In this document: positions 26,216 to 39,519 of the stretch, in pieces
How the letters are laid out: every line of letters starts with the position of its first letter
How positions within the stretch are numbered: position 1 is the stretch's first letter
DNA from: Selaginella moellendorffii
Lineage: Eukaryota > Plantae > Lycopodiophyta
NCBI RefSeq assembly: GCF_000143415.4
Contig: NW_003314280.1
Coordinates: forward strand, 1,173,663-1,237,662
Direction: 5' to 3'
Length of the DNA stretch: 64,000 nt
The notes under the pieces: generated by a model
Told to the model about the DNA's origin: nothing
Databases searched by the model: none
Seen by the model: the letters and a program-made list of their open reading frames with translations, nothing else
Made by a program: the position numbers and the translations under genes

Positions 26216-28282
26216 TTACTTAGTCGCCTTATACTTGAAGCGATACGCGAATGGAAGATAGAAGAGAAAGTTGACGACGCTGAGCGCTGCCAAGAGCCAA
26301 AAGAAGTAGTCAATGTGGCCATGATTGAGGTTGTCGGCGATCCATCCGGGCTTCCCATCCCTCCGGGTGATCTTGGTGACGATGGTCACCAGCAAGCTCG
26401 AGAGGTAGTTCCCCAGCGCCACCGTCGCCAGCGACAGCGCCGAGCCCAAGCTCCGCATGGCGTCGGGCGACTGCTCGTAGAAGAACTCGAGCTGCCCGAT
26501 GAAGGTGAACACCTCCGACGCCCCGATGATGAAGTACTGGGGGATTTGCCAGAAGATGCTGAGCTGCGCGTTGAGGAGCTTCGGGAAGTTCTTGTCGTCG
26601 GCATCCACCAGGCCTTTCTCCCTCGCGACTCGCAGACGCTGGATCTCCAGGACCGCCGCCACCACCATGGAGAGCGTGGAGATGACGAGACCGATTCCCA
26701 TTCTCTGGAGCTGCGTGAATCCCTGTGGGTGGCCGGTGTACCTGCGGACGAAGGGGACGAGCAGCCGGTCGTAGATCGGGACCCAGATCAACACGCTGAG
26801 CGTGTCAAACATGGAGAGCGATGCCGACGGGACCTTGAAGGTGCCGAGGATGTAGTCCATCTTGAGGCCTTGCACCACGAACAGCGTCGACATCTGAGCG
26901 TAGACTGTGGAGAAGACGATGGCGCTGGCCCAGATAGGAACGATTCGTAGCAGGATCTTCACTTCCTCGACTTGAGTGACCGTGCAAAGGTTCCACGTTG
27001 TCGTCGGTCTTGACCTGTCCTCGACCGCTGCCTTGTCCAGGAAACTTTCAAAAGCGAAAGGCACAAGAACTTAGAACGAAGCGAAGCCCGAAAAAATATG
27101 TAAGGAGCACTTCTTCACCTGTATTCTGCTGTGTGCTGGATTTTTCGGCTCCCTTCGATGGCGGACGCCTTCTCGTCGACCTCGTAGAGCATGGTCTCGT
27201 CGGCTGGAAGACGTAGCCTCCAGTTCCGGATGGCTGCGACGATAACTTGAGCGATCCGAGTGAGCGGACTGCCTCCTGGTTTCTGGTGCCTGTACTTCTT
27301 GGACCCGGTGAAGAAGCTCACAATGGCTATTCCCATTGCTGCTGCCGGTATGCCAAATCCCCAGGCCCAGTTGACGCTTTGCTGGATGTAAACGAGAAAG
27401 GTGCTGGCGATCATGGCACCGACGTTGATCGAGAAGTAGAACCAGTTGAAGAAGACAGTCTTATACTTCTTCTCCGAGGGGTCTTCGTCGTCAAACTGGT
27501 CTGCTCCAAAGGATGAAACGCAAGGCTTGATTCCACCAGTGCCCAGCGCTACCAGATAGAGAGCCAGATAGAATGATCCGATCTGACCAGGCGAGGCCCC
27601 AGGACAAACGTCCCCCACACAAGATGGTGGTTTTAACGATGGAACTGACGCTGATAACGTGAGCAGAACCATTCCCTGTAAGACAAACAAACTTTTAGCT
27701 GCGAAGCTATGAAAGTCGAGAAAGAAGAACTTACCACAAAGTATACAGAAGAGAAGGCAGCGATCGTCCAGTAGCGACCGAGGTAGGCATCGGCCAAGAA
27801 AGCTCCTATGAGAGGTGTGATGTAAGCAGTTCCAGACCAGTTCGTCACATTGGTCGATGCAGTCGCGTTGTGCTGATGGAGTTTGTCGGTCAGAAACACC
27901 ACCAAGTTCATGGAAATTCCATAGTAGGCAAGCCTCTCACAGCATTCGTTTCCTGTTCAAGGCAAGATCAAGCAAGATATCAGAAAGTTTCGTTTTTTTG
28001 TTGCTCACCCAAGATATAAGGACACGCTTTCCAGCCGCCGGTAGTTCTCCTATCAGCAGGATTGTGCTTCCAATCCACAGTGCCGTCCTTTGTGATGAAG
28101 CTCTCTTTCTCCAGATCTTCGCCATTTTCAAGATCCTTACAAAATCGAAAGCATCAGTGTGTAAGTTGTAAGTCTTCCATTCTCCTAAGTTTCTTCCAAG
28201 AGAAATTCCTCACCTTGGTTGATGGGGGCAGGAGCCCAGCAGTGCTAGCGTCGGCGACGGTGCTCTCCTCCATGGCTCCCAT
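26216..28282 (-). CDS. NRT1/PTR family (NPF8-like) transporter 2, multi-exon
   Basis: Same NPF motifs ([45 protein letters not shown]). Start at 28282 or 28273. Confidence 0.93.
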
Positions 28283-29043
28283 CCCTTTCCCCTCACACAG
28301 GAAGAATTTGGAACTTTCAAGGGAACTTTAGAACCAGAGTTCCCAGCTTCGATTCTGGTCTAAAGTTTCCTCGATCGCTCATCTGGCGAACCGGACGAGC
28401 CATTTGTCGCCGTATAGCGTGGAGATGCGTCTTTTAATCCTTTCCTGTGGCTCCAATAGTCCAAAAGTCCTCTCCCGGGACCAGACTCCGGAGTCTCGGT
28501 CACGACATTGGCGCCCTTCGATCGATCCAGAGTGGAATCGATACATTGGCGTACCTCACAGCCGGCTCGATCACGCAATGCGCACGGAATCCAACCCCCT
28601 CTCCTAAAGCCCTAGACTCGCCCGTACAGCGCGTACGGGCAATGAGGTTTTGGTAAAGTGTTTCGAACCTTCGATGCCGGGGAAATATCGCCATGTTGAG
28701 CGTAGTTGCTCCGCGCGATTGGGTCCTGCTGCCCTATTTTGGTTCCTCCAAGATTGACGCAGGGGTTTGGTCGATCCGGGGCGCGATAATCTCTCTCAGG
28801 TATGGGGGCTTGCTCCTCTCGTCTTCTCGGCTGGGTAATCCCTACTGCTAGCTGCATTTGTCGAGAGAGCACGGAGGAAGATCTACTTCTTCTACTTCCA
28901 CAGTGAGGATTCTAGAATCTAGATCTCTGGCGTAGTTCTTTGGGATCTGCGCAGTTGGAAATTTCCAGTCGCAATCCAAGATTTTTTAGATTTTCGCCGC
29001 ATTCATCTTCACTTATCCACTTCTTTCCTTTGCAGCTATTTTT

Positions 29044-30459
29044 ATGGACGAGAAGCAAAGATTGGATATAGACAGCATCCAGTTGGATGATCCTAGCGAC
29101 TGCTGCGACACGCCACCCGTCTCCCCCTCTGCCAAGGACCGGCGAAAGAAGAAGAAGAAGAAGAACAAGAGTTACTACAGCAATCCGGCCAGCATCCAAG
29201 CGTTTGATGAAGGCCGGCAGCAGAAGCTCGCCGAGGAGAAATCCCGGCAGCTCCACAAACCATCTACATTTGCAAGCTCCGAGCCGTGCGCAATCCCGCT
29301 GCGAACTTCCAAAGCTTTTGAGTATGAGGATGCTCACGCTTTGGATAGCTCACCATCGTCGCCATATCCGCTCTCGAGCTCGTGTCCGGTACGTTGTAGC
29401 TCTTTCGTGTTCTCTTGTTTGTGTTCTTAACTATGATGCTCGCTTTTCCTTTTTCCAGTTGTTTTCGCTGCGATCCGCATTGCGTGGAGGCCATGAAGGC
29501 CTGGGTTTGGGACCGAGGCCTAAGCTACACGTAAAGTGGGCCGTCGACGTTCGTGATCCGCCCAAGAGCAGCGTCTCCCACACACTCAATCGCCACAACA
29601 GCTCGAGAAAGAAACGGTCCAAGTCCAAGACAAAAACCAAGTTCGTTTTTGTTTTGCTAGTTTTCTTCTCTCTTTTCTTTGCTGACAAAAGGTGCAATAC
29701 TTTACAGGTCTGGAGGCTTAAAACCATTGAACAGTGGCTCAATGATGGAGGGCCAAGAAGTCGTCCCTTGCGCTCCTGATAGCCCTGTTTCAGAGGACGA
29801 AACGGTTGGCCAAAAGCCTGGCCTTACCGGCGGACTGTTTCCTCCCAGAAACCTTACTTTCACGCTTGATGAACTTCACTCAAACTTGGCATGGTCATCA
29901 GCCAAAAGCTTCTTTGCCTCTATGGAGGTGGCCATGCAACACATGCTTCTGGCTTCTAGTTTCATCGAACAGGTACTCAGTTCTTTCGCGCGTCCACTCT
30001 TGTTACCAGCTTGCTACCGCAGGGAAATATTGCCGGTGCTTTGATCGAGTACAAGGCCGCAGCCAACGTCTTCAGGTAAATCGAAAGCTCTTATCACGCA
30101 AAAAAGTAGTGAATCTATCACACAGATTGGCCAAGCTCGACTCCGAGACTGAAGGCCGCAGCGAGTGTAGAACCGCGGCAGTCAGGGGCCAAGTTCTCGC
30201 CTGGATCGCCATGGCGACGCTCTACAGCGCGAGCGGTCAGAGCCTCAAGGGGCAAAAATGCCACAACTTGGCACTGGAGGCGTGCCAGGAGGTGGGAATG
30301 AGCTACAAGGATAGCATCCAGTGCGTTGAGAACTTCCCGGCCGCGCACCAATTCAAAGGAAATGGTGGAAGCAATCACTGCAGCCTCGCGGCGGCGCTAT
30401 CGTCGGCCTCGAGCGCCTGTGAAGCGTCAAGAACAGAGAAGACGAGTGTTTGTATATAA
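29044..30459 (+). CDS. Uncharacterised plant protein, multi-exon
   Basis: GT-AG spliceable exons. Motif LRSALRGG...KLHVKWAVDVRDPPKSSVSHT resembles a conserved uncharacterised plant family. Basic NLS-like tracts. Confidence 0.55.
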
Positions 30460-30545
30460 GTTTTTTCCTCTAACGTAAGGTGTCCTTACACGCAAAGCTC
30501 CTTCCTATTTTTCCAAGATATTTAGGGCTTGGAGCTCGCGAAGCT

Positions 30546-32597
30546 ATGGCGCCGGTCGATTCGTGCACGACGCCATTGCTCCAGGACGGCCAGACTACTG
30601 AAGCGCCGGTAAGTTCTTGGCTGGAATTTCTTTCTTGATCTGAGAGCGAGCGCTTGTTGTTGTGGAATCGTCAGCTCGAGGATCCCAAGCAGAGCTCCAG
30701 CTCGCGGCAGAACGTTTGCGAGGACGACGATGTCGATGGGACGTATTACACGGGCGATGGATCCGTGGATTCGTCCGGGCGCCGCTCGATCAGGGCCAAG
30801 ACCGGCGGCTGGAAGGCCTGCCCTTTCATTCTAGGTGGAGATTGGCATACGTTGTGATCGCTTTCTCACTTTCTCGCAGGGAACGAATTTTGCGAGCGAT
30901 TGGCGTACTATGGCATCAACACGAACCTGGTCGTGTATTTGACAACGGTGTTGCATCAAGGCAATGCCGCCGCTGCTAAATCCGTCACTGCTTGGTCTGG
31001 CACTTGCTACCTCACGACCTTCATTGGTGCGTTTCTCGCGGATTCGTATTGGGGACGCTACTGGACCATAGGAATTCTCTCCATTTTCTATGCAATCGTA
31101 AGCAACTGTTCTTTGTTCTTTTCCTGGTTTCGTCTCTAACTTGTTTTGGCTCTCGCAGGGGATGATTCTTCTCACTCTGTCAGCCTCCTTGCCCTCGCTG
31201 AAACCGTCCGTTTGTCCTCTCGACAACACCCCCTGCGAGAGTGCCACTCCGGGGCAAATGGCGTTCTTCTACACCGCCCTGTACCTCATCGCTTTCGGGA
31301 CCGGTGGCATCAAGCCCTGTGTGTCCTCTTTCGGAGCTGACCAGTTCGACACTGGAGATCCCACCGAGAGAGCACACATGACGTCGTTTTTCAACTGGTT
31401 CTACTTCTCCATCAACGTTGGAGCTCTTATCGCCAGCAGCGTGATCGTGTACATACAGGTGAACGTCGGATGGGGAATCGGATTCGCAATACCTGCAGTC
31501 ACGATGCTGGTGGCCATATGCACTTTCTTCTTCGGGACGCCGCTGTATAGGAACCAAAAGCCCGGTGGAAGCTCACTCACTCGTATCGCCCAAGTCATAG
31601 TTGCTGCCATCGCGAAGTCCCGAGTACAAGTCCCGGCGGACGAGCGGCTTCTTTACGAGGTGCCGGACAAGGAATCGGCCATCCAAGGAAGCAGGAAGAT
31701 CGAACACACTGACGAGCTCACGTAAGATCTTTGCTAGTTTTGTTCGCTGATTAGTTTCGCTTTGAATCCACCAGGTGTTTGGACAAAGCAGCGACACAAA
31801 CAGCTCCTGACTTAGAAAACCGACCAAGTCCTTGGCGCTTATGCACAGTCACTCAGGTCGAGGAAGTAAAGATCTTTGTCCGGATGCTCCCAATATGGGC
31901 GAGCACGATTGTCTTCTTCACGGTCTACTCGCAGATGTCCACCTTCTTCGTGGAGCAGGGCCAGAGAATGGATCCCAAACTGGGTCCAAAGTTTAACATC
32001 CCGGCAGCATCGCTCACCGTCTTCGACACGCTCACCATCATCGTCTGCGTGCCACTCTACGACTGGTTCCTGGTGCCGCTGGTCCGAAAGTTCACGGGCC
32101 ACCCGCAGGGATTCACCCAGATCCAGAGGATGGGAATCGGCCTCGTTCTCGCCACTGCTTCGATGCTGGTAGCGGCGGTGGTGGAAGTGAAGAGGCTCCA
32201 GCTCGCGGCCGAGTTTGATCTCCTGGACAACGTCACGGATCCGGTCCCGATGAGCATTCTCTGGCAGATACCGCAGTACTTCCTCATCGGTGCCTCGGAA
32301 ATTTTCACGGCCATTGGGCAGCTCGAGTTCTTCTACGATCAGGCACCCGACGCGATGAGGAGCTTGGCGAGCGCGCTGGCGCTCAGCACGACGGCGCTGG
32401 GGAACTACTTGAGCAGCTTCTTGGTGGCGGTGATCTCTGCAACGAGTTCTTCCGGGAGTTCCGGGTGGATCCCAAACAATCTAAATCGCGGCCACCTGGA
32501 TTACTTCTTTTTGGTGGTGGCGGCGCTCAGCGCTCTCAATGGGCTCTTCTTCTGGGCATGCTCGAGAGGCTATCGATACAAGAAAGTTACCGTGTAA
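30546..32597 (+). CDS. NRT1/PTR family (NPF8-like) transporter 3, multi-exon
   Basis: [52 protein letters not shown]. Confidence 0.93.
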
Positions 32598-32704
32598 ATA
32601 TTTTACATTGGACTAATGTAACTTCTCGAGAAGAGTTAAATACTTCACTTTTAATTTCAACTCAATTCATGGTTTTCGCGCGCATTTTCTAGGGTTTATG
32701 GGCT

Positions 32705-35035
32705 ATGGCGGGCGAGGAGGGGGAAATAAGAGAATCGTGGAAGCAGGCGCTGGATCGCAAGCTCGGGCGGCTGCATTCTTTGCTGTTTGGGGTGGAGGCC
32801 GCGATCAAGGCGGAGGAATGGGAGAAGGCGCTGGGTCTGGGGCTTTGTCTGCTGGGATTTCTCGAGAGCGAGACGAGGACGAGAGAGGATGCGGTGTACA
32901 CTGCTCCAATAAAGAGGCATGTCCAGGATCTGATCGATGCGGCCAGGGACAAATTCTACCAAGGTTTTGAGAGGTAAGTCGATTTTGGCCATGAAATCTA
33001 GCTTACGTAGTGATTTGGTTGAAGAAATGCGCTCGCACAGGCAGCTCGATCTAGCGGCGCAGTTTTTGGGGGAGGCCAGCACCGTGTAGACGTCGCAGGG
33101 ATTAGAAGCTCTCCACTTTACAAACCATTTTGTGGTGACAGCATCGTGAGTGATCTTTGCAGAATTTTTTATTTTTTCTTTCTCTCGTGGTTTTGACAAT
33201 CTGAACTTACAGGAACCAATGGATATTGATCGCATAGACGTCAGCCCGGGAGAGAGCAAGAAGCGCGGAAGAGTCGTGTGTGAGCCGCCAAAGGAAGATA
33301 TGATAAGGAACAAGTCTGTCGTTGTAGAGAAGCAAAATCCTGTGGAGAGTTCAGGAGGATTTGTCACAGCAAAGCAAAAATGGGTAAGCATTTTGAACTT
33401 TTTGACAGTTCTCCGCAGAAATTTCTTTCCTCAGGCACTTGACTCCAAGAAAACTGGATCAGCATCGTGTCCAGCACCTACAGGGACCAACACCACCGCT
33501 AAGACTCTGGGCCGCCGGAATGTTCGAAGTTCTTTTACACCACCTCTTCGCTCCAATGGGGGAGGAACAACCACGCAGAATTCGGATGCTGCCATCTCCG
33601 AGTCGACCACCAAATGGTACGTTCTCATGTCCATTTGGTTTAGTTTCTCAACGGTGTCATGTTAGCTTGGAACTTCTCTCTGGTCCTGATGGCGAGCTGC
33701 CTGACAAATTGCGCAATCTGGAACCTCGCCTGCTTGAGCACATAAGCAACGAAATAATGGAAAGGGATTCAAACGTTCGCTGGGATGACATAGGTAGCGC
33801 TTTTTCTCACTCATTAGTTTGTGTTGTAACTTCAATTTTTTGCAAACAGCTGGACTGGATCATGCTAAAAAGAGTGTCACAGAAATGGTGATTTGGCCTC
33901 TTTTACGCCCGGACATTTTCCATGGCTGCCGCTCGCCAGGAAAAGGACTCCTCCTTTTTGGCCCCCCTGTAAGTGTATATATTGAGCGCATTGATGAAGC
34001 AACTCAAGAATGTGACAGGGAACAGGCAAGACAATGATAGGAAAAGCGATCGCTGGCGAATCAAAAGCTACATTCTTTTCAATATCAGCAAGCTCGCTAA
34101 CTAGCAAATGGGTAACTTTGATTTTCTTCCTAGCACATGCTAATTTTTCTGCTCAGAGTTGCAGATTGGTGAAGGCGAGAAGCTTGTCCGGGCTTTGTTT
34201 GGTGTAGCCAGTTGTCGCACACCAGCGGTGATATTCATCGACGAAGTGGACTCGCTCCTATCTCAGGTATCGTCGACAATCTGAACATCTCGGTCGATAT
34301 TTACGTTTTTTAAAACCAGAGGAAATCAGAGGGAGAGCATGAATCAAGCCGAAGGATAAAGACGCAGTTTCTCATCGAGATGGAAGGTATTGGAAGTGGT
34401 AACGAGCAGCTTCTTCTTATAGGTAAGCCAGGGACTGATCGATGGATTGTAGAGTTCGACAGAAATGTTTCAGGTGCTACAAACAGGCCTCAAGAGCTTG
34501 ATGAAGCAGCTCGCCGTCGTTTCTCGAAGAGGCTATACATACCACTTCCTTCTGCTGGTACTTCATTCTCGCCTCACATTATGCTTGACTATGCTTCCCA
34601 TGCAGAGGCTCGAGGATGGATTGTTCGTAACCTCTTGCAAAAGGATGGTCTGTTTTGTATGTCCAGCAGCGACATGGACGAAATATGCTCAATGACGGAG
34701 GGTACATACAGACACCAGCTTTCATAACCGGAATCAAGTTCGTCCTTTTGCTGCTTCCAGGCTATTCCGGTTCTGACATGAACAACCTCGTCAAAGAAGC
34801 ATCCATGTATCCTCTCCGCGAGGCGCTCAAAGCGGGGAAAGACATTGGCAAGATTAGCACCGAAGAAATGCGAGCTATTGGGCTACAGGTAAGCAAAAGC
34901 TTCCACTCTACGTACTCTTAATCTCCTTTGCAGGACTTCAGGGCCGCTCTTCAAGAAGTAAAGCCTTCAGTCTCGAAATGCGAGCTGGGTGCCTACGAGG
35001 ATTGGAACTCTCAGTTTGGAAGCCTGTGCTTGTGA
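32705..35035 (+). CDS. FIGL1: Fidgetin-like AAA-ATPase, multi-exon
   Basis: GFVTAK motif, [24 protein letters not shown], Walker A GPPGTGKT, Walker [23 protein letters not shown], Vps4-like C-terminus W..QFGS. Confidence 0.88.
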
Positions 35036-35180
35036 CGAACAAGGAGCGAGCGAGGAGCGGCATCACTAGAAGATTAAAGAGTTATGGTACGTGCTTCAAC
35101 AAGCGTCCAGCTTATTTCATCGTTATCGTGCGAACGCTCCAGGGAGGAAGGATGGACAGGCCGGGGCTGGTTGAGGCTCG

Positions 35181-36109
35181 TCACATAAAGTCGTCCTCAA
35201 TCTCCTGGAGAGACTTGCCTTTGCCGGCAATGTCCTTGTTGGAAGTCATCTTCTCCGACACCATCAGGGCTTTGTAGCTCCGGACGTCCGCCTCCCTCTC
35301 CTTCTGGACGCGCTCCAGCTCTTCGCGACGTTTCTGCTCGGAAAGACAAACAAGTTCTAGCGGCCTGGGACAAAGAAAAATCGCCAGACCTTGTCGCGCA
35401 TCTGGTTCTTTCGCTCCGCTCGTTCCTGGGAGTTGTAGACCTCTCTCTCGGCTGAAACGAGGAAGAGGATGATACCATGAAAACTATATGGCGAAAGAAC
35501 GAACAACGCTACCTTTCAAGTCTGGAGTTCTTTCGACTTTGGTCTTGTTGAGCCGGTTGACGATTTCATTCACGCGCTTCTCGACCTTGACAGTCCGGAC
35601 CTGTGAAGGAGCAAAGAGAAGTGAAACTTACAGCAGGAAAGAAACGGCTTACGAGCTTGGGATTGTGGAATCCAACTTGGCCGACGTCCATGGAAGACGA
35701 CTTTTTAAGATTCGACCAGGGAGTGTAGACGATGTCGAGATTGTTGATCTTGTTCCCTGGAGCCGAAGCAAAGTTGTAAAGAACGATCAAACTTCCAAGC
35801 GTGTTGCTTGTTACCTTGGATGGAGTTTGCCTTGACGAGCTGAGCGCAGTCCTCCAGGAGCTCCGCGCTGATACTGTCCATGGTCTGGCCTTTGTGGAGC
35901 CTCAAGTAGACATGAGCCGAGGAGAGCTTGTCAACGTGAAACCTGGGAAGATCCAAACCAGGAAAATTCCTTAGGGAAGAGAAGAATTGGCCATACCAGA
36001 TATCCTCGGGGAAGCCGTACTTGATGAGGTCCTCGTTCTCGTGCTTGTCCAGCCCCATGTAGATGGTGAAGTCGCCCACCTCGGGCCTGGCCTTGAAGTA
36101 GTAGACCAT
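35181..36109 (-). CDS. CCDC25: CCDC25 homolog (DUF814/NFACT-R domain), multi-exon
   Basis: MVYYF...[59 protein letters not shown]-terminus EDDFM. Confidence 0.92.
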
Positions 36110-36424
36110 CCCTCGACGGCGCCCCACTAAAAAACCTAGAAGTAAAACTCCCCAGCAAGAAAAACAATCGCGTTTTGATTGGACTTTGACTATGATCGAC
36201 AAGAGATTCGGGCGTGGGCGTGACTGCACACGGGGAAGAACGGCAGACTTCAGTGTACTTTGTTGCTATACGGCTGAAAATGTCTTTCTCTGAACAAGTC
36301 TCTAAGAACGAGTCTTCTGACACCTTGATATATATCTATCCGGGCGCCTCGAGAAGAAGAAGCAAAGGACCCCCAAAAGTGGGAAGGAGGCGCGATCAAA
36401 GCAGCAAGCACCACTGATCTTGAA

Positions 36425-37240
36425 ATGGAAATCAATGGTATTGTGTGGAAACGGAAGAATTCTAGATCATCATCGCATTGAAACATTGGTTTTTTGCTTA
36501 GTTCTTGGTGGGAGAAAGCTCAAGGACACCGAATGGTTTGGCACGCAGGACCCGTATGTGATTTTACAGTATGGATCCCAAAAGTTCACAACAAAAACTT
36601 GCAAAGGTATGGCACAGTTCTCCTCTTTTTTTCTAAAGTTTTATCAATCTAGATGGTGGTGAAAATCCCGTGTTCAACGACAACTTCACGCCCTCCCTGA
36701 TCGAGGGTGTTCGAGAGATGAGTGTGGAGGTTTGGAACGAGAACTCGATGAGATCCGATCAGTGTATTGGCGCAGGAAAGGTGCTCCTCGACAAAGTCTT
36801 AGCTTCCGGCTATGATGATCGAAGCTGGCCACTCAAAACAAAGAGGGGAAAGTAGTTATCTAAACTCTTGGATCTTGGAGCTTTAGAAAACTAACTGCTG
36901 ACAAAACATTTCCCGTTGCAGGGACGCTGGGAAATTGAGGCTGATTTTGCACTGCGACACTACAGTTGGGGTTTATCCTCCTCAAGGTGGCAATGCTCCA
37001 GCAGCTCAATGCGAGAGTGGAGAGCCAGAAACATCAGAGAAGACCTCTTCAGCATCAGGGATTGGGGGTGCGATCAAGAAATTGGTTAGGGGCCACAGGC
37101 AAGGAGAACAAAAGCAAGAGGAAGGACATGAACAAAATGAAGAGCACAAAGCAGAAGAAGTAGAAGGAGTGGAAGAAGAAGAAGAAGAAGAAGAAGAGTC
37201 GGAAGAGTCGGAGTCGGAGGAGGAGGAAGATGATGAGTGA
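36425..37240 (+). CDS. Small C2-domain protein with acidic tail (elicitor-responsive/PP16-like)
   Basis: KLKDTEWFGTQDPYVILQYG...DGGENPVFND...LIEG...WNEN...IGAGKV.L.KVL..GYDD..WPL; poly-Glu tail. Start uncertain. Confidence 0.8.
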
Positions 37241-38199
37241 TGATCAGCCATAAAAATCGTAAGTTGGGATTTCCATTTGCTTGCGATTGAGTTTGCTTGA
37301 AAGGTTTTATAACGATTAAATATAAATTTAATCTTTTTTAATAATCACACCACAGAAATTACCAAAAAGCAAAATATCCTTTCATTTTTAATTAGTATTT
37401 TTTATTTATGTATATTAAATTATGTACCATAGTTGCTAAATATTTAAAATATTAATAATAAATAAGTTTTTAAAATGATGAGAAAGAAATTTCCTTAGCT
37501 TTTGAAGTATATAATAGAAGCTTATATATATATATCAAATGCATTCTTTAGAAATATATATGAATCCTGTATAATTATATTATTTCTGTAACTCTTTTTC
37601 TTGATACTTTTTATGTTAATAATAGCAACTGAATTAAATTGAAATGTTAAATGTGAAGATTTTGGATAATTATTATTTTGTGGAAAATGTTTAAAATAAA
37701 ATATGACAATTGCAATGAAAGAAGAGAAAGCGCTAAAACTTTTGGATCTTAATACTCCAGAAAATCAATTGCTAATAAAACATTTAAAGCTCACAATACT
37801 CCGTTAGCGTGAAAAACCTTAAGATGGTTTATGATTAACTAACATTATATTTGGCTTAGTGCAACTGATTAAATAAAACAACTTGGGAAATATATTATTT
37901 ATCTTTCATTTTTGTTTTGTCTGTATAATATAAATCACACTTTTCCTTTGAAACTTTGTAGTTAAACAGTATAAAAATGATTTTAAAAATGAATAAATAC
38001 AAATTAGGTTTTCCTCAAATCAAAGTGTTGCTACACAAATGATTTCATGATTGGTTTCAAAAATGTAATTCAGAAAAAGGAAACTAATGATTAAAAAACT
38101 AAAATTACAATATCAATGGTTTAAACCAGGATGGTTATTGTTGAAACAAAAAGCACTCAAAATTACAAACAGCTGTTACAAAGAGCCCTAAACTTGGAT

Positions 38200-39400
38200 A
38201 TGGGGCGCGTGTGCCAGGGCTTCCTCCAATGCCTCCTCAAGCTCGTCAATTTCGTGCTCATCCTCCTCGGCATCGCGATGATCGTCTACTCCTTGTGGAT
38301 GCTCAACGAGTGGCACTCCCGCCAGGAGCCATCGCATCCGCCGGCGGCGTCTCCTGCTCCGGAGCAGCTCCAGGATCATCACCACGCGTTTCTGGCGATC
38401 GTGGCGGAGAAGGGGAATGGCTATCCTCGGGGCCCGGGTAGGGCTACGTGGATGATCGATCTAGAGCCAGCGATCACGCTGGGGAAGAGTCTCCCGGCTC
38501 CCTGGTGAGTCTATCTGTTCGAGATCCCTTTTCTTTCTTGTCTCTTATCTCGCATTTGCAAGGTTCATCTATGCGTTCTTAGGAGTGGGAGCGATTGTTT
38601 TGGTGATCACTTGCACCGGCCATGTTGCTGCCGAGACTGCCAGTGGCTGTTGCCTTTGCTTCGTATCCATTGTTCTTTCTCTTGCTACTTCTTCCAGATT
38701 TTTTTTTTCTTGCTTCCTTGACTGCTAATCCAGTACACTTTGTTGTTGGTGGTGCTTTTGCTCGCGCAAGCTGTTCTAGCTGGATTTATCATCTTTGATA
38801 AGAACTGGGAGAAGGTACTAGCTCGTTTCTCTACTTCTTGGCTTTAAGACTCTCGTTCCTCACAGGCAGTTCCGGAAGATCCAACTGGCGAATTCGACAG
38901 GATCGCACACTTTATAAAGCGCAACTTCGCGATTTGCAAGTGGGTGGCTCTGGGAGTAATCATTCTTGAGGTAATCACCGCGAGCTTTTCTTTTCTCTGT
39001 CGTTGTAGCTGAGAAACAAGATTGGCAGGCTCTCTCCTTGTTCTTGGCAATCGTCTTGAGGTCCGTGGCCTTGGGAGCCCAGAGAGGCTACGACAGTGAC
39101 GATGACATGCCGGTGAGAAACACGAGGCAGCCTCTCTTGAACCGTCAGGCGACGCAGTCGAATGCAACTCCATCAGCTCCAGCCGAGAGCCGACCACCAC
39201 GCAACGATGCCTGGAGCACCAGGATGCGAGAAAAGGTTGCTGCCAAATCTTTCTTTTTGCCTTGGCTGAGTTTTCAATCGCTCGTGTCGCAGTATGGCTT
39301 GGACACCGCCGAGTTCACGTACAATCCAGTGGATTCCAAGAGAGTTCCAGCGCAAAACCAGCCCCCTCCCGAGCCGAAGAGAGGATGTGTGATCATGTAA
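38200..39400 (+). CDS. TOM2A-like tetraspanin (TET18-20 type) with C-terminal CaaX box
   Basis: [54 protein letters not shown], terminal RGCVIM. Confidence 0.87.
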
Positions 39401-39519
39401 ATACGTAGGATATTCGTGTTTCCACTGGCATATTCGTAACGTAATGCTTTTAGGGCTTAGAGAAAGAATATTCACGGAATTTATAGAGCTTTCAAACTTT
39501 ACAAGCTCGCGGATGCGTG

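Noticed and set aside
3211-32597. Functional link of the receptor kinase or NPF transporters to the peptide family
   Set aside because: They lie about 19-46 kb away with unrelated genes between; NPF8 proteins carry di/tripeptides and the kinase lacks an LRR ectodomain.
37260-38190. Very AT-rich intergenic stretch as a MITE
   Set aside because: No terminal inverted repeats or TSD identified.
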